The notes under the pieces were generated by a model. The model did not search any database. It saw only the letters and a program-made list of their open reading frames with translations, and was not told where the DNA came from. Positions 37,567 through 50,446 of a stretch of 64,000 nucleotides of DNA are shown piece after piece. The DNA is from Octopus vulgaris (Eukaryota): assembly GCA_951406725.2 (NCBI GenBank), contig OX597820.1, positions 102,052,001 to 102,116,000 of the forward strand, written 5' to 3'. The translations under genes were made by a program, and so were the position numbers. Position 1 is the stretch's first letter, and each line of letters begins with the position of its first letter.

Positions 37567-37988
37567 CCCTTTAGCATTTAAACAAGCCATCTATCTATCT
37601 ATCCGCTCAGTCGAAGTCGACTCTTGGTTACTCGCTGGATCAGTGTCCTCTAGTCAGTTCTATCCTGGGCCGTTTCTTTCAGATTGGCTATGACCATTCC
37701 GGTATCATTTTTGATGGTGTCAAGCCAGCGGGTTCTTGGTCGGCCTCTTCCTCTCTTGCCACTGACCATTCTGAGCATGAAAAACAAGCCATATCTGACC
37801 AAAATATTCTATGTACTTTATATTCAGACTAGCCTTATCTGGCCTCTCACACCTATCCAACAATGTCATTCTAAATATAAAAGGTCACATCATCAGAATT
37901 TTGAGGCTACAAGACACTTCATGATTAATTCATTTCAATGTGAATAAATAAGCATTACATTTGACAGAGTAATCTGAATGTTAAGGAG
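37567..37988. mobile_element. piggyBac-like MITE with nested LINE end
   Basis: TTAA|CCCTTTAGCATT ... AATGTTAAGGAG|TTAA. Confidence 0.7.
37591..37781 (-). mobile_element. BovB-like RTE LINE 3' end
   Basis: Minus translation MVSGKRGRGRPRTRWLDTIKNDTGMVIANLKETAQDRTD*RTLIQRVTKSRLRLSG*, (TAGA)n tail, 11-bp TSD AAACAAGCCAT. Confidence 0.85.
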
Positions 37989-38147
37989 TTAAGCCCCCAA
38001 ACTCTGTATTAAAAATAAGGGATCTATGCCCAAAACTTGGCTTATGGAGATATATACTTGTGTATGAGTACATGTAGGAATAGGACAGCTGGTGGTTGAT
38101 AAATAATGGACTGAAGGTGGCGAGCTGGCAGAAATATATACATATAT

Positions 38148-38552
38148 AGGCGTAGGAGTGGCTGTGTGGTAAGTAGCTTGCTTACCAACCACATGGTTCC
38201 GGGTTCATTCCCACTGCGTGGCACCTTGGGCAAGTGTCTTCTACTATAGCCTCGGGCCGACCAAAGCCTTGTGAGTGGATTTGGTAGATGGAAACTGAAA
38301 GAAGCCCGTCGTATATATGTATATATGTATATATATATATGTGTACGTGTTTGTGTGTCTGTGTTTGTCCCCCCAACATCATTTGACAACCGATGCTGGT
38401 GTGTTTACGTCCCCGTAACTTACTGGTTCGGCAAAAGAGACTGATAGAATAAGTACTAGGCTTACAAAGAATAAGTCCTGAGGTCGATTTGCTCGACTAA
38501 AAGGTGGTGCTCCAGCATGGCCACAGTCAAATGACTGAAACAAGTAAAAGAG
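38148..38552 (+). mobile_element. SINE family A (full length)
   Basis: Complete head-to-tail copy. Confidence 0.9.
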
Positions 38553-39056
38553 TATATATTAAACATATATTACATCCATTCATACATACATACGTACACA
38601 CACACATACATTCATTTACACATACACACATACATACACACATTCGCACATACACACATGACAGGCTTCTTTCAATTTCTACTAATTAAATTCACTTCCA
38701 AGGTTGAAATAACATGGTTTAGAAACAAGCTTCTTATCTATACAGCCATGTCTGTACCATAAAATTTCTAAAATTCATTGCAAAATAATTTTGATTTGAA
38801 GAATTCTAAACAGATCCTGACATTAAAATATATTCTACATGAATATGTCAAAACTTTGAACAGTTATTAAAATAAAATTTTAGTCTATATTTGGGCCTCA
38901 TATTATCTGTATTAGCCGATTTTCCTTTGGATGGTTGATTTCTGTAGTTATTATCAGTGTATTTTGGCAATTTAAATAAGAGTTTTGACTGTTATTTCCA
39001 GAAGGTAGACATACTTGGTATGTCCTTTGATTAATTTTAATTTTAATACACACACA

Positions 39057-39097
<41 letters not shown>

Positions 39098-39858
39098 GAT
39101 GGGCTTCTTTCAGTTTCCATCTATCAAATCTACTCTCAAGGCTTTGGTTGGCCTGAGTCTATAGTAGAAGACACTTACCCAAGGTGCCATGCAGTGGGAC
39201 TGAACCTAGAACCATGGGATTGGAAAGCAAGCTTCTTACCCCACAGCCACACCTGTATATGAATATATACTTGATAAGCTTCGACATAGCTTCTATCAAC
39301 CAAATTCTCTCATAAGGAATGTTTTGGCTTGTGGGGGCTATCATAGGAGACACTTGCCCAAGGTGCTGCATCATGAAACTGAACCAGAAACCACATGGTT
39401 AAGAGCAAATAAAATGTTTTAACATTGATATCTCACTGAAAACCACCAACAGCACAAAGGACAGTAATTTGTTTCCAACACAGTTCCCTTGGAGTTCAAA
39501 TCTTTTTTCAACTGGAACTCATATGACATACTTTGTAACTTACTGCATTTTAATTTAATTTTTATCATTAGTATTTTTTTCTTCTACATTTGCTGGCTTC
39601 TGTAGTGACTTTTCACTTTCTCAAATATTTAGCTGCTTTTGCTAACTAGATATTTGACAGTAAAAAAAAAAAAAAAAGATAAAAAGCCAAAAAGTGGGGT
39701 TGAGTAATTTGTTAATTAGATAGTGTGAATCTGACAACATATATAAGTTGGTATGACAGTAGTTGCAGAGGTGCTGATAGTTGGCCAATTACAGCCAAAT
39801 TGAATTATTGGAATAAAATCAAATATTACTAAAGTTACACAAGAAACACACACACCAC

Positions 39859-39906
<48 letters not shown>

Positions 39907-40626
39907 AATACAAGTTTTCACAAATGGCTTGGAAAGTATTTTGAATTTTTTTTTTCTCATTTTCTAAGTGTCTTCATTTTATTTGATATAATTTTCCTTC
40001 CAAATGTAGGTCACTTATTAGAAACAATGAAATATAAATGTTTATTATGTGTGTGTGTGTGTGTGTTTGCATGTATGTGTGTGTTTGTGTACACAGACAC
40101 ACAGACACACACACATGCACATACACATACACACACACACATACACAGACACACTTACACACACTTCAAAGATTTTCTGAGATTTACAAAAACAAGAAAC
40201 ATGTTAGCCTACTGGTGTAGTGACTAACTAAAAGTTAAAATTTTATGTATAAAAACAAATCTTGGCTTTCAATGAATTCAGAAATCATTGGCACCAAAGA
40301 AAACAGAAATTTGCAAGGATTTATTTGTTCTTTATTGTCTCCGTTATTCTATATTACAATTTCAAATCAAAAACATCATTGGTTACAGTTTCTCAAGAGA
40401 AAAATTATTGCTTCCTTGTATTACTTATATAGAGAGTGACAAATGAGTGTCTGTAAGCTCAATGCAGAACAAATATGTTAAGGGTATCCATTTCTAAGGT
40501 ATTACTGTCTCATAATAAGAAAAGAAAGGGAAAGACAAAAATACCCTCTTGACTGAGTCGTGGTGTATTTGAAAGAGGAGAAGTAGCTTATACAGACATA
40601 CATGCATGTGCATATATATACATGTA

Positions 40627-40679
<53 letters not shown>

Positions 40680-40680
<1 letters not shown>

Positions 40681-41020
40681 GGTCCCGGGTTGATTCAGGG
40701 TTAACCACAGTAAATAAGGTACTCAATACATAGCAGAGTAAAATTAATTTATTATATAGAAGGAGCTTCTACAGGACTAGAACTGTTTCATTCAAGAGAA
40801 ATCATCAGGAAGCTAGTTAACAAGAATTGTATTGGCATTTATACATTTAGGCAGGTTTAAAGGGGTGGTGGTGGGGGACTTTTTGGGGGCAGGCATAGCG
40901 CAAAAATATCATACTTGGGGGAGTGGTCAAGGAGTCAGTGGTAAATTAGATAAAAGAATAAATAAAAGAATAAAAAAATATATAGAAGAATAGAGTTTTA
41001 GGTAAATAAGGAGATTCTCA
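40680..41020 (-). mobile_element. Probable Penelope-like pseudo-LTR
   Basis: Unique island between TA microsatellites containing a hammerhead motif and C-rich tract (minus); same strand as the PLE fragment at 44546-44770. Confidence 0.55.
40764..40814 (-). ncRNA. Type I hammerhead ribozyme
   Basis: Minus strand AGCUUC-CUGAUGA-U UUC UCUU GAA U-GAAA-CAG UUCUAGUC CUG-UA-GAAGCU: full core, stems I/II/III and GUA cleavage triplet. Confidence 0.75.
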
Positions 41021-41109
41021 CTTATACATATACACACATGTATATATATACACACACACACATATACATACGCACATACATATACACACACACATACATA
41101 TACACATAC

Positions 41110-41166
<57 letters not shown>

Positions 41167-41309
41167 CATGTATACATATATATACACACACACATGTATA
41201 TATACACACACGCCTACACATACATATACACACAAAAATATATACATACACACACATACACATACACACATACACACACATATCTACATACACACATGCA
41301 CACACAAGT

Positions 41310-41349
<40 letters not shown>

Positions 41350-41815
41350 GTGTACCTATACATACCTACACATACACACATATACATACAAATACAAACC
41401 CATTCCCTAATTTTAATTTTATTATTATCTTCATTTATTACTTTTGTTATCTTTGACCGCGGGTCACAAGCATCATGGCTATCGTCGCCCTGGGGACGAC
41501 AGCAAGTCCATTTATCTTTCTACTCGAACACAAGCACTCACTCACGCACGCACACTCATTTGCACACACACTCACTCATTCGTACACTCATACACATACA
41601 CGCACGCACGTGTTATATTCATACATACATACATCTACATACATTCACATATATACACATACGTACGCGTACCTACAGATTCATGTCTACACGCTTACAC
41701 ATACATACCTCAATACACCCACAGAAGACTAGTCCATACATATACACCAATAAATATATATACACACATATATATACACACATACATATACACCTACATA
41801 CAAATACATACACAT

Positions 41816-41846
<31 letters not shown>

Positions 41847-41975
41847 CGTATATATACATACATATACATACACCCATACATACATACATATATACACATA
41901 CACACACCCACTCATATACATATACATACATATACGTGCATACATACACATACATATACATACATATACATATAT

Positions 41976-42018
<43 letters not shown>

Positions 42019-42378
42019 TATACATGCACATACATACATATACATATATACACACACACATACATACACATATACATACACACACATACACATATACATG
42101 CGTACCCATACACACACACACACACGCGCTTCCATATATACACATAAGTACACACATGTGTAAAAGTATACATATATCTATACATATGCTTACACATACA
42201 CACACACGCGCCTCCTTATGTTCATATACTTACATGCATACTCAAAAAATAAAAAATAAAATATATATACGTGCAGTTATTCATATACATACATGCATAC
42301 TCAAAAAATAAATAATAAATATTAAGTATATATACGTGCAGTTACCTATTATACAGACGGATACATACATATAAACTT

Positions 42379-42421
<43 letters not shown>

Positions 42422-42622
42422 CCTATTTACACATATGTACATATACATACATACATACATACATAACTCTACGTACCTACATATACATAAACACACGAGC
42501 GTACACGTAAATGTACATATACACATACACATACACACACATATATACATACATATACATACATATATATATATGTATATATATATATATACATATACAA
42601 ATACATACACACACATACACAT

Positions 42623-42677
<55 letters not shown>

Positions 42678-42736
42678 CACACATACACACACACACATAT
42701 ATATATACACACACACACATACATATACATACACAC

Positions 42737-42784
<48 letters not shown>

Positions 42785-42840
42785 GTGTTTATACATACAT
42801 ACATACTCATACAGACACATACACACATACATACATATAT

Positions 42841-42897
<57 letters not shown>

Positions 42898-42911
42898 TAT
42901 ACACACACATT

Positions 42912-42951
<40 letters not shown>

Positions 42952-43491
42952 CACACATACACATACACACATATATATATATACATACATATACACACAT
43001 ACACACACACACACACATATATATATACATACATACACACACACATACATATATATATATAATATATATATATATACACATGTGTGTATACACGTATATA
43101 CACATAAGTACATACATGCATAAATGTATACATATTTCTATAGAAGTGCATACACATACATACACTCACGCGCCACCTTATATACATAAATACATACATG
43201 CATACAAACGCATACTCAAGTAATAAATAATAAGTAATAAGTAATAAATAATAAGTATATATACATGCAGTTACCCTTTATACAGATGGAAACATTCATA
43301 TAAACATACATATATATATATATATATATATACATATATCTATATATACATACATACACACATATACACATATATATATATATATATACACATACATATA
43401 TACACCCATCTACATATATGCACATATACACACACACACATGCACATACGTATAACTCTACATACCTACATATACATATATATATATATAC

Positions 43492-43582
<91 letters not shown>

Positions 43583-43590
43583 TATAATAG
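41020..43590. repeat. 2.5-kb (TA)/(CA) low-complexity array
   Basis: Directly visible; source of the spurious YI/HT ORFs. Confidence 0.95.
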
Positions 43591-43591
43591 T

Positions 43592-43927
43592 GAAGGCGCA
43601 TGGCTCAGTGGTTAGAGTGTCGAGCTTACGATCGTGAGGTTGTGAGCTTGAATCCCGGACCAGGCTGCGTGTTGTGTTCTTGAGCAAGGCACTTTATTTC
43701 ACGTTGCTCCAGTTCACTCAACTGTAGAAATGAGTTGCGACGTCACAGGTGCCAAGCTGTATCGGCCTTTGTCTTTCCCTTGGATAACACTGGTGGCGTG
43801 GAGAGGGAGGCCGGTATGCATGGGCGACTGCTGGTCTTCCATAAACAACCTTGCCCGGACTTGTGTCTAGGAGGGTAACTTTCTAGGTGCAATCCCATGG
43901 TCATTCATGACCGAAGGGGGTCTTTAC
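43592..43927 (+). mobile_element. tRNA-derived SINE family C (young copy)
   Basis: A box TGGCTCAGTGG, B box CTTGAATCC, GTGTTCTTGAGCAAGGCACTT core, CpG intact. Confidence 0.8.
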
Positions 43928-44545
43928 ATATATATATATATATATATAAATATATATATACACATATATATACACACACACACACACACACATACACACA
44001 TATATATATATATATACATATATATATCAACAATTGAGGGTAAAGTTAATTAGTTATTAATCAATTTCACCAAGTATTCAGTATGTAAAAGGACCATTAT
44101 TTTTGAGTAAACATTGTCTGAGAGAAATTTTCTTTAAGTAGTGGAAATGGCTAAAAAACTTTTTTGGCTGCTATTTCTAGAAAGTTCAGTATGTGGCAAA
44201 ATAATTTATTTTACTAAGCCCTAATTATATAATATTTTATATATACATACATATATATATACATACATATATATACATATACATATGCATACATACATAT
44301 ATACATATATACATATATACACACACACACACACATACACATATATATATATATTTACATACATATACACACACACACACACATAATACATGCGTATATT
44401 CCTACTATACCCATACATTTCTATACATATATACGATACACATATACAAGCGTACACATACAATATGTGAAAGGTCTTAGGAGAAAAGGTAATTGGGGGT
44501 GCTAGGGGAACGGTGGGATTGGTGGGGTTTGTGGGTGGGGTGTCA

Positions 44546-44770
44546 TCAATCTGGTTGCCGGGTAGGTCTATAGTTCTTGTAGTTTGCATAATTCTTATGC
44601 ATGCAATTTGGGGAGTGTTCTGAGATCTTGTTAAGGAGAGGGCCTTTGGCGAACAAGATCTCTAGGCTCTCCGAAATGCAAAGGTCACAGCAGGTATGGC
44701 CTCCTGTGTACGAACGCGCCTTCTGTAGTAGTTTCCACTTGGTCTTGAAGGGGATGGAGTTCCTTTTAAG
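44546..44770 (-). pseudogene. Penelope-like element ORF C-terminus (end of GIY-YIG endonuclease region)
   Basis: KWKLLQKARSYTGGHTCCDLCISESLEILF..LLNKISE..CMH fits the W..L..Y...CxLC..E...I....LN..E...CxH pattern of PLE C-termini. Confidence 0.75.
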
Positions 44771-44977
44771 GTATGGGTGTATGTATATGTATGTATATAT
44801 ACGTATATATATATATATATATATGTGTATGTGTATGTATTTGTATGTAGGTGTATATGTATGTGTGTATATATATTTATTGGTGTATATGTATGGACTA
44901 GTCTTCTGTGGGTGTATTGAGGTATGTATGTGTAAGCGTGTAGACATGAATCTGTTGGTATATATATATATATATAT

Positions 44978-45052
<75 letters not shown>

Positions 45053-45229
45053 TAGATAGATATACACATATATAGCTATATACATATGTTTGTATTTATA
45101 AATATATGCATAGATACATGCATACATATATACATGCATATACATACATACATAAATACATACATATATTTGTATATATACATACACACACACACACACA
45201 CACACATACACAGACACACAGACATATAT

Positions 45230-45476
45230 ATCATCATCATCATCATCATCGTTTAACGTCCGTTTTCCATGCTAGCATGGGTTGGACGGTTCAACTGGGG
45301 TCTGGGGAGCCAGTAGGCTGCGCCAGGCCCAGTTTGATCTGGCAGTATTTCTACAGCTGGATGCCCTTCCTAACGCCAACCACTCCGTGAATGTAGTGGG
45401 TGCTTTTTACGTGCCACCTGCACAGGTGCCAGACGAGGCTGGCAAATGGCCACGATCGGATGGTGCTTTTTACATG

Positions 45477-45482
<6 letters not shown>
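45230..45482 (-). mobile_element. RTE LINE 3' tail
   Basis: (CAT)n followed by reverse complement of the RTE 3' UTR. Confidence 0.85.
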
Positions 45483-45531
<49 letters not shown>

Positions 45532-46512
45532 ATGGCAAGCTGGTTACCACATTGGAGAAAGGGATCACCAGCATTTCTCCCAGTTCTTTTCATTCTGAGT
45601 ACAAATTCTACTGAGATCAGTTTTACCTTTCATCCTTTCAAGAGTGATCAAATAAATACGAGTTGAACACTGAGATTGATATAACCAACTAGACCCCTAC
45701 TTCAAAACTTCAGGCCTTGTACATATTGTATAAAGTATCATTTATAGCTGTATGTGCTTTGATATTCACTCTTAAGGTGATTTATTGATATGCGATTTGA
45801 AAAATAGCATTTGAAATAAATTTTCTCTTTAGTTTTCATCATAATGATAATAAAGTCTGACCTAATAACTAATGCCATTGGCATTAATCTCATTCTCCTA
45901 CCTGTTTTTGTCAATATATCATTGATCATTCATTTTCTAATATTGATTGAGATTCCTTTTTACAAATAGCTGAAAAAAAAATTTATATGATTGATTGATT
46001 GATTGATTCTAGTTTCAGCTTATGAGCTGTGGCCATGCTGGGGCACCGCCATGTTCGACAAAGAAAATAACATCAATGATAATAATAATGATGTTTTAAT
46101 ATTAAGATGATTCTGTATGGCGAAGAGTTGGCAGAACTGTTAACATGCTGGGTGAAATACTTACTCCTGTCACACTAACGACCCTGCCAGCTTGCCGCCT
46201 TAATAAGAATGGTAACGTCAGTTTCTAATTTTGTACTGAGGTCACTACCATTGACCCCATTGTTACGGGCTGCCCTTTGACAAGGCTGTATCCTTGGCAA
46301 GGATACAGCAAAGTTATGGGATAGTAGCATGGTGGATTGTGAAGAAGTAACAGAAGAGCTCCACTGAACCAATGGTGCTTCTTACATTGATACTGAGTGA
46401 AAGAATCCTAGAAGATCAAAGGTCAGAATCACATAGCTCTGTCAAGAGAGTAACTGCAACGCATCCATAGAGATGACGTATATGCTTGTGCAATCAGCTA
46501 ATGAAAGATTCA

Positions 46513-46908
46513 CTCTCTCTCTCTTTCTCTTTTACTTGTTTCAGTCATTTGACTGCGGCCATGCTGGAGCACCGCCTTTAATCGAGTAACTCGACCCCAG
46601 TACTTATTCTTTTGTAAGCCCAGTACTTCTATCGGTCTCTTTTGCCGAACCGCTAAGTAACGGGGACATAAACACACCAGCATCGGTTGTCAAGCAATGC
46701 TAGGGGGACAAACACAGTCACACAAACACACACACACATATATATACATATATACGACGGGCTTCTTTCAGTTTCCGTCTACCAAATCCACTCACAAGGC
46801 TTTAGTCGGCCCGAGGCTATAGTAGAAGACACTTGCCCAAGGTGCCACGCAGTGGGACTGAACCCGGAACCATGTGGTTGGTAAACAAGCTACTTACCAC
46901 ACAGCCAG
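46513..46908 (-). mobile_element. SINE family A
   Basis: Near-identical to 104-475. Confidence 0.9.
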
Positions 46909-47293
46909 GAGACAGAGAGTCATGAAAATCTGTGAAAGCAAAGAAAACAAAACCCCCCAAAAAAAACCCATAGCTTCAATATTTTGATGATGTGATTGTT
47001 TATTTTCAGAATATGGCCAGATCTGGCCGGCTTGAACATAAAACAGGTAGAATATTTTGGTCAGATATGTCAGTTTGAATACTAAAGCGCTAAACCTATT
47101 TTAGGTTGGCAAATAATAGGGAGGGAGAAGTGACTGAGGATAATACAATTAATGTTCAGTTTGGTTAACCAAATGGAATAAAATATGTTGAAGGAGTTTT
47201 GTATGGATGCAATTATAAGGAAGTATGACATGACTTAGAGTCATCAAGTTGAGACTATTAGAGGCTACTATATTATCAGAAAAAAGAGTAAAA

Positions 47294-47688
47294 TCTCTCT
47301 ATATATAAAGCTGAAGTTGTCTGTGTGTCTGTGGCAGGTTTGGTAGCCTTCAACTAACACTATCTCCACCGAGACCCTTTGGTACAAGTTGACCAAAATT
47401 GAGAGTATGATAGACGAAGGCTTGCTCTTCCTTCCGTAGAAGAAAAAAATCAAATTGGACCATGTTAACATCAAAATTTATCTACATCAAAAAGGTGCTT
47501 TTTTTCTATGAAAATACCTATTTTTTACGATTTTTTTACTGCTGTGTTGCCATTTTCCGGTGTATTTCAACCAGAAAAATGTTCACTTAAAGAGAATAAC
47601 AAGCTACATAATGCAAAATTTTTACTTTTCAAAAATTCCAATTCTAAAGGGTCAAAACAAACCCGAGCAACGCCGGGCAATATGCTAG
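47294..47688 (+). mobile_element. Non-autonomous Helitron
   Basis: A|TCTCTCTATATATAAAG start, 3' hairpin CCCGAGCAACGCCGGG, ends CTAG|T. Confidence 0.85.
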
Positions 47689-48493
47689 TAAAGAATACAA
47701 TTCAATAATGACACTGTTGTTATTGTGAGTGTGGCTTTCCAGTTTCTTTTGCATACTGTCTAAGTAGCAGATGAAGATCTGGAGCATAAGAAGTACTCCT
47801 CTATAGCTGTAAAATATAGCAGCTGTAAACTACCCAGAAGAGAAGAAAACACACACACACACACAAACTAAACTGACATCAAATGCCATGACAAGATGTT
47901 CAAATGAGACAGGGTCAGAAAGATCTAAACATATCCCAATGCCATTGTAAATGATGCCTCCCCCTTATATGGATCATTATTAAAGCAGTCATCTTCGAGA
48001 TCTGTCAATCAAGTTCTTCAGTGGAACTTGATTGGCTAGCTGGCCAGAGAAAGCAAACATGAGCCAAGATCAACTGGTGTCAGACATTCACTAGATATCT
48101 ATACCTCATCAACAAACAGCAAACTGGTCAAAGACTATGATTAGTGAAGTGCTTTGATGACCTAGCAAGTAACATGATGTGAGAACTCCTAAGTTTAAAT
48201 GATTCAAAAATCACATGTTGCTGTGTTTGTGTATGTGTGTGTGTGTGTGTGTGTGTGCGTGAATGTGTGCAATTATATGTGCTATTATTTTAAATTTCCT
48301 TTTGGAGGTGAAGAGGCAAGTTTCCAATTTCAGAGCATGGCTAATTGTTCTTAGTTTTCTTCCCTTATTAAAACAAACATGTTTGTTTTGGTTAGAGTTG
48401 AAACTAAAAGTAAAAAAAAAAAGAAAAGGGTGCAGCGGATTGTAGAATTAAATATAATAATTATATAGCATGCAAACAATTCTATTTTGCTCC

Positions 48494-49000
48494 ATCATCA
48501 TCATCATCATCATTTAACGTCCATTTTCCATGCTAGCATGGGTTGGACAGTTTGACTGGGATCTGGGAAGGCAGAAGGCTGCACCAGGATCCAGTCTGAT
48601 CTGGCAGTGTTTCTACTGCTGGATGCCCTTCCTAACGCCAACCACTCTGTGAGTGTAGAGGGTGCTTTTTACGTGCCAGGCGAGGCTGGCAATGGCTACA
48701 ATCGGTTTTTATGTGCCACTGGCATGGAAGCCAGTCAAGGCGGTGCTGGCATCGGCCACGTTCGGATGGTGCTTCTTACATGCCATCAGTGCAGGGATCA
48801 CAACTACAATTTCCATTGATTTTTGATGTTGGTGTACTTGACTCAATAGGTCTCCTCAAGCACAGAGTCAAAACGGTGTTTCTTTACTTGCCACCTGCAC
48901 AGGAGTCAGTCCAGCAGCACTGGCAACTGCTGGGTGCCAGTCATAGGATTGGTTCAATTTCGATTCCGATTTCACTTGCCCCAACAGGTCTCCACAAGCA
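48494..49000 (-). mobile_element. RTE LINE 3' tail
   Basis: (CAT)n followed by reverse complement of the RTE 3' UTR. Confidence 0.8.
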
Positions 49001-50060
49001 GATGTTTATATATTTATATATGTTGTTTATATTTATGTATGAATTTCTATTGATTCATTCACTCACTAACTACCACTTCAAGATTCAGACTGGATACACT
49101 TCACTGATGAAGCTTGGATAATGTAAAAACATGTCTAGGGTTATCTTTCATACCTGAAAAACTATAAGCTATCAACTAGTATTATTTCTTTCTTACTGCA
49201 GATTTCTAGTTTAGATTGTTTAAATTTTTAATGCGTCATGCGTTAAATTTTTACATTTAATAGCACAGTTAAAAATATTTTATTGAAGCGTATTCTATAA
49301 ATTAACCACTATGGTTTTTATTATTATTATTATTTTTACTATAACATTTGGTTCTTTCTCAACAATTTAACTTTGTTTCACTCATTTGTATTACTCAAAA
49401 TCAATATATTTACAATAATAAGCTGTTGCAGCCACTCTAGCATAGAAACCTTGCTTGATAGGACAAGATATTTGCTGCTATAAATTCTCAGAGTTATACT
49501 TTCTCTTTCACTACACATATATAAAGTTCCATAACAGTTAACCATCTGAAGACTTTTATTTTGTCACTATTAATTAATCATACATAATTGATGTTGTTTT
49601 TTTCTTTTCATCCCTGACCAAAAATAGCTGCTAATTCTGTTTTATCAATTCACTTCAATGACAGTCATTGCTTTTGACAAGTTTATTTGCAAATGAAAAT
49701 GCATAGTAATTGGGGGTTTTCTTGTAATTAAAGAAAACCAGGTAATTAACTAAATGAGTTGATATTTTGTTTTGACAGATTCATTCCAGCTTTTACCAGG
49801 TGGATAATGTGTTACTTTCCAGTAGAAGTAATAAGGATTTGAATTCTGTCACTATTTCAGTTGTTACTACTATTTAACCCCAGGTTAGCTCTGCTCCCGC
49901 AGACCAGGTCAATGAATGAAAGGCAATCCAGCTGTTACCATCTCTTCTTTTTGCTTTTCAGATACAGCTATCCAGATTTTTTCTTTGTTTTTGTTTTTGA
50001 GGTAGTTGGGTTTGATCTGAGGGGGATTATGCCTGCTATTTCTAGCAGTTTGTGTAAGTA

Positions 50061-50446
50061 TCAGGTCATCCCATAAGTTCTGTCTGAATTTTGAATAAAG
50101 AAAACAAGTGATCAAATGTTATATTTAATTGAAAATGACTTCCTTCCATCTATTTACAAGCTTTTTAATCCCATCAATATAAAACTCTTTTGGTTTCAAA
50201 GCAAAGAACTCAGAAATGTCAGTTTCAGCCTCCTCCTGGCTTGCGAAAGTTATGTCCCCCAAATGATTCTGTAAAGTACAAAACAAATGGTAGTCTGAAG
50301 GAGCAAGTAAAATAATATTTAATTAGTTTAAATGTACACAAATGCATAAAAATAATTTAAAATTCTATTAGACATTCTAAAATACTATTAAATTTCATTC
50401 AATTTTAAAAAAGGTAAAATCAGACAGAACTTATGGGATGACCTGA
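50061..50446. mobile_element. Tc1/mariner-type MITE
   Basis: Perfect 27-bp TIRs TCAGGTCATCCCATAAGTTCTGTCTGA flanked by TA on both sides. Confidence 0.9.

Noticed and set aside
43592-43670. tRNA gene
   Set aside because: tRNA-like head continues into a SINE body; no proper acceptor stem or terminator
40927-43687. Many long ORFs (up to 369 aa) rich in Y/I/H/T/C/V
   Set aside because: Translations of TA/CA microsatellites, open in all frames
49100-49140. CTGATGA..AAAACATGTC hammerhead
   Set aside because: GAAA core missing and stems I/II do not pair; at most a decayed relic
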